Shown one piece after another: positions 39,642 through 52,550 of a stretch of DNA of 64,000 nucleotides. The stretch is from Chrysomallon squamiferum. Taxonomy: Eukaryota > Animalia > Mollusca. The stretch spans positions 45,446,001-45,510,000 of the forward strand of contig CM022665.1 of the NCBI GenBank assembly GCA_012295275.1. The letters are read 5' to 3'. The first letter of the stretch is position 1. Each line of letters starts with the position of its first letter. A program made the position numbers and the translations under genes. A model generated the notes under the pieces. That model made no database searches, was not told the origin of the DNA, and was given only the letters and a program-made list of their open reading frames with translations.

Positions 39642-40677
39642 TTGTCTACATTTTTTTTTACACCACACCATAATGCACTACTACCAAAATAATATATTCC
39701 ATATTAGGGAAATTTTTTTTTTAATCTTTGACTATTTCTGAAAAAAAAAAAAAAAAAAAAAAACAGTAATAATTTATTCATTTACCTGAAAAACACGGAG
39801 CACGCGCACGGCCAATTCTGCAGCCTTTCTCGTCGCTTATCAGGCTATAAAAACACGTGCTTCTGGCTGTATTGTGATGACATCGTTCCACCGAGGGCAT
39901 CGAGGCCGCCAGCTCTTTCCGACTGGTTCCGGGGGACGACGTCGCAGTAGTCGCAGTAGTCGTAGTCGTCGTCGTCGTTGTTGTTGTTATCCCCGCGTTC
40001 CGCTTCACGGACATCCGACCGAGTTCTTTACCCAGGTTGACGAGCGGACCTCTCTCCGAGTGAAGAAGCAAACGCTTTCCGCACCCTCCTTTCACAACCT
40101 CCTTGTCGACGTTTCTGGTCGATTTGCGTGGTGGTGGTGGTGGGGACGGGTGCGACGACGACGACAACAACGACTCGGCCTGCTCTTCGTCCACGTCGTC
40201 TTCTTTTTCGACGCTCGCGCCGTCTTGCAGAAACGATCGTCTCCGCTGCCTGTCTCGCTTTACCAGCAGCCTCAGCACGGCCTCGTTCTCGGCGCGGACG
40301 GCGCGCTTTTTCTCCAGCTGAGTTTCGGCTTCGGTTTTCGCGTGCTGGCAGACGCACGCCGTTCTGCTCCGTTCGTTCGTGGACGTGGACGCTGACGCTG
40401 ACGCCGAGGCGTCGAAGATTTCCGACGTGGCGTTTTCGCCTCGATTCGGCGAACCTTGCGAACGTCGTTGTCTGTTCATGCGGGTGACCAGACTTCGAAA
40501 TCGCCTGGTTCCGCTTCCCAGAAAGTCGTTGAACGCTTGGCCGATGCTTTGGCGTTTGACGAAACGGCCCCGTCGTTCTTGAGCGTTAGCTACAGCTCCA
40601 CCGGAAACCGCCTCGTCCACGCAGGGAAATTGCGAGTCTCTGCGCAGGTTGCCGGAAGTGGCTGCAGCAGACGTCAT
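33787..40677 (-). CDS. Large (~1123 aa) protein with low-complexity N-terminus and C-terminal dual-specificity phosphatase-like (pseudophosphatase) domain
   Basis: Three large exons 40677-39786, 37512-36490 and 35243-33787, all joined in phase 1 (TCAG|gtaaat..tgcag|AT; GCAG|gtatat..aacag|GT). DSP domain: LSKVLEFLSLS..IEDIEWENIEEHF..FIEGAR..VLVYSYHGNSRAAAVVVQYLM..SRRPSVCLNPGFLKAL. The frame is open upstream to an acceptor at 40705, so the true start may lie further 5'. Confidence 0.88.
35631..35945. repeat. Direct tandem duplication of ~153-160 bp (2 copies)
   Basis: aaagatgataacgattctgacgatga...tcttgctgaaaacaataac at 35631 and 35784. Confidence 0.92.
36490..37512 (-). CDS. Pseudo-DUSP coding exon B (Ser/Asp-rich)
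   Basis: 358-aa ORF; 1023 nt symmetric phase-1 exon. Confidence 0.85.
39786..40677 (-). CDS. Pseudo-DUSP coding exon A (basic/low-complexity)
   Basis: 299-aa GC-rich ORF in an AT-rich background; donor at 39785. Confidence 0.8.
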
Positions 40678-41260
40678 AGCTGTGACAAGCGTTTCTAGAG
40701 ATGACCTTTAAATATTTTACCCGTTTCCTAAAAAACATATTGCATGTGTATTTTTAGTATGATGTATAAATACCAAAAACATGCAGTTCACACACACAAG
40801 CACACACGTAAGCACACAGTCATACTGTCAGGTAGTTCTAATCTTATATATATATATATATATATATATAACTGCAGATTAAAAGCAATCAGAAAACACG
40901 AATATATGAGATTTATATTTCAATTAGCCATTTCCTAACCACCACCGTAAGTCAGTGGAAAAACAATCCATAACCGAAACTCATCCTTTCTGAATGAAGA
41001 CTTCAAATTACGATAACAATATATTATTTCCTACGTTGTTTTTGCTCACCTATTTGTATCGAACTACCAGATTGCTCCTTAGAAACAACAGAAGGCTTCG
41101 TATATTAATGGTTATATATTTCCGTCGAATACCACACAAAACAATAAAACATAAGGTTCTTGATATATATATATATATATATATATATATCTGTTTTAAA
41201 ACAGTATATATTTCCTGCATGAAGTAAGAGCAGAATTTGGTTCATCATGTGTTTTGATGC

Positions 41261-41296
<36 letters not shown>

Positions 41297-41298
41297 TA

Positions 41299-41360
<62 letters not shown>

Positions 41361-41630
41361 TTTGGTTTGTTTTTTTTTCTCGTGTTTTCTAATGCTATTA
41401 TTATTGTTACTAAACACCAGTATGTGAATAAAGGTCGGAATTTACAGATATAAATGAACACCCAGGAGAAAATGTAAACGTGATGGGTGTTAATCATGTG
41501 TGGTGTTTATTAAAAGCTGCTAATGCATCTTGGTGATTAGCGGCTGGGTGCCTATTGTTGAAACTGAATAACATTAACATGAACCACATTTACAATGGAC
41601 ACGAGATCGAAACACCTTCATGGTACAGAT

Positions 41631-41669
<39 letters not shown>

Positions 41670-41703
41670 GCAGTATGTTAAAATGTTATACATAATAGTA
41701 ATA

Positions 41704-41762
<59 letters not shown>

Positions 41763-42165
41763 TTATTATATGTGAAAGCTTTATTAAATAAAATATTCTT
41801 TTGCCACTGTATGCTATCTGTATGATGCCAGTAAATACTTAATTAAAACCTATTGAAGTTAGAAATAGACATACCTACACACACATACATACATACATAC
41901 ATACAAACATACATACATACAAACATTATGCTTACTACATGCACATAATTACGCGCACATTCACGAAGATTAAAAACATAATATGTGGACATAAATACAT
42001 ATATAAATATATGTATATGAGTAGAAGAACACGTGTACACTGAGATAAGTAAGTACGTATATGAATAAATAAAATGAAATGAAACAAATAAAAAAAAAAA
42101 AAAAAAATAATAAAAATTATATATCAGATTTCTATGAATGAAACTTAAAATCATTAACTGATATA

Positions 42166-42441
42166 CAGTGACTTGCAGAGGGGGGAGATAGCCGAAGGGG
42201 CGGTGGCCAAGGGGCATCCAAATGGGGGGGGGCATCCAATCAGAGAAAAGAACTTAATACATTTGGTTGCTTTATATTTAAATCGAATAAAGTGTTTATT
42301 TTTATGTTTCATCTGGGTTTACATTTTCAAAATATCTTTCTTTCTCATAATATTTCTCAGTAATAGAACTTATGCTTGAGTCTTTGGGGCGTACAACCAA
42401 GGAGTTGGCCCCGGGCATCACCAGACCTCTGCACGCCATTG
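42166..42441. mobile_element. Non-autonomous hAT-type DNA transposon (MITE), 276 bp
   Basis: Left TIR CAGTGACTTGCAGAGG versus reverse complement of right TIR CAATGGCGTGCAGAGG (13/16). Perfect 8-bp target-site duplication CTGATATA at 42158-42165 and 42442-42449. GC-rich subterminal GGGCATC motifs. Confidence 0.85.
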
Positions 42442-42515
42442 CTGATATACTTTTTTGCTTAAACAAGTAAACTGTACGTTTAAAAGAATGGACTTGGTTA
42501 TTAAAGCTTACCAAA

Positions 42516-42558
<43 letters not shown>

Positions 42559-42698
42559 ATGCATTAGCTATTGCTATAACCAATGAAATCTACTGAACTC
42601 GTTAAATTAAGCAATTTTAAAGTAAATTATTAAATAAAACTGATTAAAAATTAAGTGAGATTTTCTATATGAATATACACATACATTTATAAACATAC

Positions 42699-42731
<33 letters not shown>

Positions 42732-43420
42732 AAACGGATTACTTTTGTCCACTATATATCATTACGTGATAGACAGTAATCTCTATATATCATTTTATCT
42801 CTTGACAAAACAAAAAATAAGAGAAAAAAAAACAACAAAAAACAAAAAATAATAAGAAAAAATGGTTACCTGCATCAGAAACACTATCAGCGACCAAACA
42901 GCATGGTGTGTTTCATTATAATGAACGAAAAAAAGACTTCGACCGAACACGCCCCAAGACAGATCGATGAAAACATGTAGCAAGCAGATGTCATCCTTTT
43001 TTCTAATAACATTTTTTTTTTTTTTTTTTTTTTATTATTATTCGACTGATATAGAGCTCATAATTTGTCTATGCTGTGATTCGTGCATCGATTGCGCGGA
43101 ACGCCACACCGATAACCAGTGCTCGATGCCGTTGTTTCTGGCAGAATGCGACAATTACGAATTAGCGTTTTGATGAGCGAAACGTAATTACGAGTTCAGG
43201 CCATTAGCAACCTTCCTACACAAGAAAACTGTTGGTTGCAGGTAATCTCGTGATAAATCAATAAATTATCATATTCATTTGTTACAAACTTGATTAAAAG
43301 AAAAAAAAAAAAAAAAAAAAAAAATTGCAAGTATCGATGGCTGCGAAGTGGCATGGTAATTAAGCAGAATAACGAAAAAAACAACAATTTTAGATTTAAA
43401 TACATGTGTATATATCTATA

Positions 43421-43455
<35 letters not shown>

Positions 43456-45356
43456 CTATCTATATATATGAACCTCGCAGACTGCAATAATTATAATCAT
43501 GTATCGGTTTTTCAGCTTCGTACATTTTTTTTTTTTATTTCGTTTACAATATTTCTGCCTTTCAAGTTATTTACTATCCTAATATTAGTTATCAGTATGA
43601 CGTGTTATGTGATTACATGTATCGCAGTCGCAGGATCGGCCCTTCTTGATAAGCAATTTCCGTTGCTCGTGTGGTGTATCAAGAGCCTTTTCTTTGTATT
43701 TTACTCTCTGGAATAATGGAAACACGATCTAAGATCACGTGTTGTGATAATGGATGACAGTCATCGCCTTCGTTTCCTGTGGCGAGACATTATTGTTACC
43801 ACTGGTTATACGTTTGAAACGCAGTAATTATAGTGAAATAACCACATTTTAAGAAACCCACAGAAAGGTGTTGTAGTATAAACGCACAGAAAGCGATGTT
43901 TTTGTTTTGTTTTCAAAACCAACTAAATGAAATAACTTCTAGAAAAAACCAAATTCAACAAAACTGGACAAAATCTATCAATGAAATTGTTTCTAGAAAC
44001 ACAAAATCAACGGAATGGACAATACCTTAGTGAAATAACACGTCTGTGTGAAAACTTGAAGTCGACGAAATAAATAACAGATGAACAGACATCATAATTT
44101 CTTTTAATTAAGAATTGCGGTCTCTTTCATCTGTTATAAAGCAATATTCGCAGTTCGAACATTTTTTTTCATTTTCTTCACTTGCTAACTGCAAAAATTT
44201 GGTGTAAGAGCAAATAAAAATGATGAAATATATATATATATTTTTTTATTTTAATTAACGAACACCAGATGCATTTTAATCTGCATTTGCATCTATTAGC
44301 CATTTCATATTTGAATTATTATTAAAGACAGACGTACTTGAAAGGAAATTACTACGCTCGTCGCTGGGTTAGAGCAAAATGACTTAATAGACTGAACATT
44401 CATCAGACTCAAATAGGTCGTGAAAAATCAGAATAATACTACCGCGAAAATAAAACAACAACAGACTATTTTTATATATAAAGAGAGAATAAACAAAATG
44501 TCGATAACAGTGTACAGATTATTAATTTGTCTGGTAAGTTGGAAACATTATCAAAATGATGTCCCAAGGGAAATAATTCAAAAGGCAAGACAAACTCCAT
44601 TTACCTAAACAGTTTCGATAAAAATAAATCATAAAGTTTGGTCAACTTTAATACAGGTTGTGGAACCCTTAATTATAAAATCTCCGAAATACAAAACTTT
44701 TTCCGAGCAGCAGAAATAGTAATATCATGGACTGTTTTTTTTTTTTTTTTTTTTATTGTTATTCTTACACAAACTTTATTTCATAAAAAAAATTTATTTT
44801 ATGAACATTTTTTAAAAAATAAATTATGAAAAAAAAAAAAAAAAAAAAAAAAATCATGCAGACTTGTTGTATAGGTTGTATATGAAATATAAATGGAATT
44901 CATGTTTTAAACTTAGATCCCATTCTCAGTATATTCCTTATATTCCAAACTTTTCCTGTCCCAAACATTTCGGATAAATGATTCTCAAAACTGTTCCGCA
45001 GCAGTGTTTGCAGCTAGGTACATGTAACTGGCAAGTTTATGTGCTAGATTTAGTCTTCTTGTTTATTTACTTTCAGAAAAAAAAAAAAAAAAAAAAAACA
45101 TATTTTTGTTTGTTATATTGGAATAGTGCCAAATGCTTTCCCCAGATCTTTTCAGCTAATTCATGTTACCAGCCTTTTGTAACAAGTCCGTGACGCTGAT
45201 GTACGCTTTTGGCTTGTTCTGCTTACGCAAACGTTTAACGTCATCAGGTGACGCAAGTCGTATAGATCTGTTAAAAAACACTGGAGCTAATCAATTAACT
45301 GTTGTATGAATAAATATTAAATTGTATGAGGAAAAGAAGTACTATAAGCACCCCCT

Positions 45357-45389
<33 letters not shown>

Positions 45390-45433
45390 AATAAAATAAC
45401 AAATAAATAAAATAAAATAAAATAAAATAAAAT

Positions 45434-45465
<32 letters not shown>

Positions 45466-45621
45466 AATTTCGCAAAAACCGATTGTTTTCACACATAATT
45501 GAATTGGCTTTAGCTAAGTACTACCTTATGATGATATAAAATTTAAAATCCAGGATGGTGAGAAAACGGTAATCTCACAAACGATTTGTTTTTTTCTTTT
45601 GTTTTGTTATAATAATAATAT

Positions 45622-45714
<93 letters not shown>

Positions 45715-47687
45715 CAGTGTTGTGGAATTTTGTTAATTTTTAAAATAAAAATGTCATTCTTTTTCTCTCTTCTTGTTCATTTAAAAAAATATATATATAT
45801 CAATACGAAAGAACAACAAAAACTGAAAATGATTTCGGAAACGTTTTCATTCATTTCACTACATTAAACAACACACTGAGTATTTACCTACTACAAAACT
45901 TTATCATCTGAGGCAGCAGCCAATCAGAGCTACGGAAACAATTAATGTAGGAAATAACAACCAATCACACAGACTTTTAATAACATTTCAACCAATTAAA
46001 ACTGAGGTTATCACAGACTCAGTAACATGCAGTTCAGAGGACAGGAAGTTGTACAAAATGATTTGTCATTTCCTTAAATGCCCCTTTAGATTAAAATTCC
46101 TAATCCATATATATATATATAAATATATGTTTTTAAGTTATTATTACAATTTTTACTTTCTTTTTTTTTCCTTTTTTTTTATTTTTAATACTTTTTTTTT
46201 TTTTTTTACATAATAGCTGAATAATAATGAAATTACATATATATAAAAAATTAGACTTCAGATGACACATAAGGATGATATGCAGAGTTTATTTTAGTTG
46301 CTGTTAAAGAGAATAATAATGCCTTGTATGCTCTAAGCCAAAATTCATACCGAAAACATCTTTCTGCAAACCACCCGAAATAAAATTCATTTTAAACTGA
46401 TTTTTTTTTTTTTTTTTTTTTTTGATTTAACAGACTGAGACTGGTTACCAGTCTACTATAAGGAATATGTGAGATAACCAGTCTATTGTACAACTTCCTA
46501 TTTTCTGAGATGCATAAACCAGTTAGACAGAATGTCATAATTATTGTAATATGCAAATATCTTTTAAAATTTAAAAAAAAATTTAAAAATTTAAAAACCT
46601 AAAGAAGTTTTTTCAAAGCACTGTATTGATGCTTATAGTTTAAGTCAGAATTTATAAATACATATGGTTTTGAGTTTTTTCAAATTTCTTAGCATTTATC
46701 TACACTTGTCATAGTTCAGTGATCTTTGGCAGACCACATGGTGAACCACTGATTTTTGTGGATTTAATGCAATGATAAAAAATTTCCTTGAGGTTTTGAG
46801 ATTGAGTTTAGGTAAATCATAACAAGATAATTTTTGTTTTATAGGTCAAATAATAAATTTTAGTTACTGTTTTGAAATTCAGAATCCAAAGATTTCTGAT
46901 AATTTTAATCAGCTTCTACCACGCCCTAATTATCTTCTATTTAAAAAAAACAAAAGCAAAAGAAACCAAAAATATGTTTTCCTGTAGAATTATCTCCCCT
47001 TGAAAACTAAATATGGCTACCCTTTTAGTTCAGTGAATTTATTATGTTACTGTATTAAATTAAATTGTGATCCTTATAACTAAAAAAAAAAAAAAAAAAA
47101 AAAAGAAAAAGCATATTACAGTGATTGTGACAGTCTATCCATTTTCAAACTTATTAAATAAATATTACATACAAAATATTCAAATAAAAATGTAATAAAT
47201 AATTGTTAACAAACTAATAGTTTATATACATGAGCAACAATTGTGACCATTTTATTGTTATTATTATTTTGTTAAAAGCAAATACTTTACACATATATAA
47301 TAATTTATATCTCTATTTACACAGATTAATCAGTTTTTAAAAATTAACAATCTTCGTTTTTAATTAATATTATTTTATGTTAGAGAAGGAATGTTACTTC
47401 TATAAAATAACATTTAATATAATAATGTTTTTGTTTTTTAATTTAAATTATTCAATTTAACATTCCTGAGTTTTGCAATATATTTATAAATTTTTAGATT
47501 CATTATCTGAACATATTTTAGTTAATCTGTGTAAATAATTTAACAACAAAATAAAACAACTGGGCTGGAGTGCCTCCATAAACGAAATGAAAATAATAAA
47601 ATACATTTTAACAATAATTGATTGATAACTGGGAAACATAACTTTTCATTCATTCTTCACTGATAAAATAATATTCACTGAGACAAA

Positions 47688-47730
<43 letters not shown>

Positions 47731-47835
47731 ATAGATAAATTAATAAATAATCAAACAGAAATGACAAACAAACCATAAAGAAAATTAAAATTAAAATTAA
47801 TTTTCTTTTTCTTTGAGTAATTCTGTGCCAGATGA

Positions 47836-47888
<53 letters not shown>

Positions 47889-48962
47889 ATGATCATTAAA
47901 AAATATCTGTACATGAAATAGATTTCAGATGCAAAACAAATAATTTTTTTATTAATTAAAATATTTTGAATTCTTTTAATAGCTTCTGTTTTAAGTGAAC
48001 TTTAATTAAATATTTTATTTTTTACATTTTGTTTTTTAAAATTATAATATAGATCCTTTTATGTGACATTTATATTGTGTGCCTTCATTTGTAATAATTC
48101 AACACATTTAATACTTAACTCACCTTCTTACTTTGATTTTTGAATTAAAAAAAGCTTTAAAAAAAGAAAGAAAAAAAAAATGAAAATAATAAAACTATCA
48201 AAATAACATACACATACAACAGTCTTAAAATACAAAATCTGTACCAAATCAAATTTTTATTAATGTTATCACACACACAATATATAAATATTTAATTAAA
48301 CATCAAACATTTTGTTAGAATAAAACAAAATTTATTATAAATAAAAGTATTGTGACAGGAACATAACAGATATATAAATCTTGATTTAAAATGAAATACA
48401 TTTAGAACAACAAATATTAAAATAATGTTTTTGAATTTATCTTTTGTGATATAATATGATGTTAAAATAATATTTAGATAGATTACTTTTTTTTTTTTAC
48501 AGTGATGTGATATTTAAATACTTTTAATAAGATGTGATAACATACAGCATACATTTTTTTTTTTTTTTAAATTGTTAAACCTAAAGGTGTCTGGGGTGAT
48601 ACATACAAATTGGTCTTTTTTGTACTTCTGTATAATTGTTTTATTTATTAAAGATTCCAAACTTTGCTAATAATAAAGTACAACAACTGTTGATAATTTT
48701 TCACAGAGAGACTTCCTTTTTTTTTTTTAAAATAGCATGTTTTTTAATGGACATTTTGGAGCAGTGGACTGAATAGTATAATAGTAGAATAGTGGAATAG
48801 TAGAATGAATACTCAATGTGAAGATTTATGAAGGCTCAGCCTTTTGAAGTATCTTAATTATTAAAAACAATAAGAAATAAAAAATAAAAAATAAAAAATA
48901 AACACATTAAAACATTTCTTAGCATATTCTCTGTCCAGTCAGTTTTCACCTTTGGTGTGTGT

Positions 48963-49001
<39 letters not shown>

Positions 49002-50525
49002 TGTTCAAAACATAATGCATCACAAAAACAGTTTGTAGAATGATTATAACTATATAAACTTGAAAAATTAATTTTAAATAAATAAATAAATTTATAAATT
49101 TATAAATAAATGAATAAACAAACAAATAAATAAATGAATAAATAAATAAATAGGTAAATAAATAAATGAAATAAAATAAATGAAATAAAGTAAATGAATA
49201 AATAAATAAATGAAATAAATGAATAAATAAATGAATAAATAAATAAATGAAATAAAATAAATGAATAAATAAAAATGAATAAATAAATAAATAAATAAAT
49301 AAAAAAAACCCATCAAACTAATTTCATTTTCCAGTTTATGCCTAGTTGTTAAATATAGTCTGACAACACTGTATATAAATTACTGGTACTTTTGACTCAG
49401 GACTCAAACAACTTTTAACACAGAAATTAAAAATGTATTGTTCATCGAAAATTATTATTTTTATGAGATAAATTCATCAATCATTTAGAAAATTATCATT
49501 AATTTCAAGCTAAGAAGTCTGTATATACTATTCACATTGCCTTCCTAATTCTTCTCTGTATAAAAATTATACAGCTTCATTTGCAGATTTTTTACAATCA
49601 TTTTAAAATTCTGTTGCCCTGTTTAAACATCTCATAGCAGACATACACTTATACTTTAAAATGACAATTTTAATTTTTTCCCAATATGTCCATGTGTTGT
49701 AAAAAAAAAAAATATTTAATGTTCAGAAAATTTCTAAGCAGTTACAATACCATGCATCTGTAAAGTTAATAATGGAACATTTCACAATTTCGCAGAAGAT
49801 CAACAAAAAAAAAGAGAAAGTTATAGATAATCACAAACAAACATGTCCAGCATGTACTTCAGAAAGCATTTTCTTTTTTTTTTTAAAATGTTCTGTTAAC
49901 AGCCCTTCATTTAAGAAAAACAAACTATTTTGCCGTCTTGTTTGAAAATCAGTGGTCAAAAAAAGAAACTGCTTGCATAGGACTCGCATTTCAAAAAAAA
50001 AAAAAACAATAATAAAATCACAAAAAAACACACTGCAAATTAAATTCACAGCTTTCTTCAGTCTGATGATGAGTTGTATTGCAAGACATCCCATTTCAGA
50101 ATGGTCCATGATGAATCCAGCATAAAAAAAACAACAACACAACACAACACAACAGAACACACACTCTTGTGCATACATGATGTTGTACATTAGCTGTCCA
50201 TATTTCAAAATCATCTCCCGCATAACTTTATTCCACGCTGATTTTTATGCGGCGACATCTGTCCAGTTTTCAAATACATCACTCATGACACCCAAACATG
50301 ACACAACAACTGTGTACACTCCAGATGCTTGCTTGCATGACAGGTCATCCTGCTTAGGACTGGGTTTTTTACATCTGCAACAATATTCTCAATATTCCGT
50401 TCAGTTTGGACATCAGATTTGTTGAGATGCTATCCAAACTTTGTCACATGACAAACATTTTTTTTTTTTTTTCAAATTTTTCAAATTTTTCAAATTAGTA
50501 CACTTTGTTTTAAAAAAACCAAGTC

Positions 50526-50559
<34 letters not shown>

Positions 50560-50689
50560 TTACTCTGCCACAAACGTAATTTTTCTCTTCCTTTTTTGAA
50601 AACAACTGCACCCCATTTTTATATTCTTTCATTCTTCTCTGTTAACACTCTTAATAGAATAAATGATAAATAAATATGTTAAAATGTTC

Positions 50690-50734
<45 letters not shown>

Positions 50735-51032
50735 TAGATAAGAAGAAAATTCACAAATTTTCTCCCTTGCCCTCTAAACCAGACTTTTTGGGAAAGTGCA
50801 ATCACTTATCTATCTATCAACCATCTTTCATTTCAGGAAAAAAACGAAACCGGTACAATACCAAAACACTTTCTCCATTATTTACCTTGTATTCACACAC
50901 CTGCCTTCTTCCTCAATCACATAAATATAATAAATAAAAAAAAAAAAAAAATCCCCCAAAAACATCAGACACAGTGGCGCCCACACACAATCTCTCTCAC
51001 GTCACTAAAAAAACTGTTAATTCTGCTAAACA

Positions 51033-51623
51033 TCAAAAACGACCTGTTCTGGACGAATACCTGAAGGAGCTACTGTCGGGCGCCTTCGACCCGGAAAACC
51101 ACACCATGTTCCGTGTCTCCTTCTCCAGAATGTCCGGCACCCATCCTATACTCGACTGGACCATCTTCACCGAGTTCGTGCGGAAGAGGCGCCGCTCAAA
51201 CTCGATCAGCTGCCGCCAGAAGCCGAAGTTGGGGTAGATCACCGACCGCTTCTGCTTCACGTGCCGGTACGCGTCCTCGAGGTTCTTGTGGTAGTACTTC
51301 ATGAGGTAGGCGATGCAGAGGCTGGCAGAGCGGCTGACCCCGGCGACGCAGTGCACCAGCGTCTTCCCACCTCGCTTGTGGATCTGGGCGATCTTGTCGC
51401 TGACACTGTCGAAGTAGACGGAGAGGTTGGCAGTGGGGAGGTCGTCCACGTGGATCTGGATGCAGTCAATGCCGGGCAGCTGGAGGTTGGGGATGTCCAT
51501 GGTGCAGTTGATGATGTGCGTGACGCCGAGGCCGCGCATGCGCTCCCCGCTGACGGCTGCGGCGCTGCTGAGGTAGAGGTGGTCGGTGATCTGGGCGATC
51601 TGACTGAACATGTTCCGATCCAT
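51033..51623 (-). CDS. DUSP14: Atypical dual-specificity phosphatase, DUSP14/18/21-like, ~196 aa, single coding exon
   Basis: MDRNMFSQIAQITDHLYLS..IHVDDLP..YFDSVSDKI..GGKTLVHCVAGVSRSASLCIAYLMKY..IYPNFGFWRQLIEFE..NSVKMV..IGWVPD, with intact HCxxGxxR. Splice acceptor at 51637-51638, 13 nt before the ATG. The symbol is a family-level assignment. Confidence 0.93.
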   Translation of the reverse strand: MDRNMFSQIAQITDHLYLSSAAAVSGERMRGLGVTHIINCTMDIPNLQLPGIDCIQIHVDDLPTANLSVYFDSVSDKIAQIHKRGGKTLVHCVAGVSRSASLCIAYLMKYYHKNLEDAYRHVKQKRSVIYPNFGFWRQLIEFERRLFRTNSVKMVQSSIGWVPDILEKETRNMVWFSGSKAPDSSSFRYSSRTGRF

Positions 51624-51815
51624 CGCGTTCAACGTTCTGAAAGAGAAAAGAGAGAGAAAGATAAAAAAAAATAAAAAAAAATTCATTAAAAGTTACAAAA
51701 AAAAAAAAAAAAAAAAAATTGTTAAAATTTACATTTAAAAAAAAAAAAAAAAAAAATTTTAAATTTAAAAAAAAAATCAGTGATAATGTGGTAATGATAC
51801 CAAGTATAATGAAGA

Positions 51816-51922
<107 letters not shown>

Positions 51923-52536
51923 AATAAATATTTGTTCTGATTGCTTCCCACAAGCAGAAGTCCACAAGAAAACAACAAATATAACAAAAAATGTTTTTGG
52001 TTCACATAATCTTTTAAAGATATTCGCTGCTTACAAACGCAAAAAATGGAAATGAGTTACGAAGTCAAGAAACACACAGAGAATGTGAAGAGTAAAAATT
52101 TCTCTCTCCTGAAATTGTCAAAACTTGTTTTTGTAATTAATAATACCGTTTCCATAGCGAGAGAACATTTGTAATGGCATAAACACAACTATAACATATT
52201 AAACTAAATTAAAATTCAAAATGAAACAGAAAAATGAATTAAAAAAATATATATATACATATACATATATATATATACACAAGTTAAAATAATAAAAATT
52301 AAACTTTATAATTGGTTAAAAAAAACAACCCAAAAACAACAACCACAAAACAACCCTGATCCTCAGGATGATAATAAATAATAATAAATAATAATAAATA
52401 ATAAATAATAATAACAATAATAATAAAAATGAAGATTACGATGTTGATGGTAATTAAAATAATAAACAGCTTTACTGGTCAAAGTTGTTCACACTAATGT
52501 ACTTAATTAATCAATAGTAAAGTATCCGATTGCTCG

Positions 52537-52550
52537 GTTTCCATAGCAAC
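52537..52550. promoter_or_regulatory. RFX X-box (GTTTCC AT AGCAAC)
   Basis: Near-canonical 14-bp X-box; related motifs at 52148-52161 and 52771-52784. Confidence 0.6.

Noticed and set aside
46100-51000. AU-rich elements in a putative long DUSP14 3'UTR
   Set aside because: ATTTA tracts come from the ubiquitous (AAAT)n microsatellite, and the transcript end cannot be defined from sequence.
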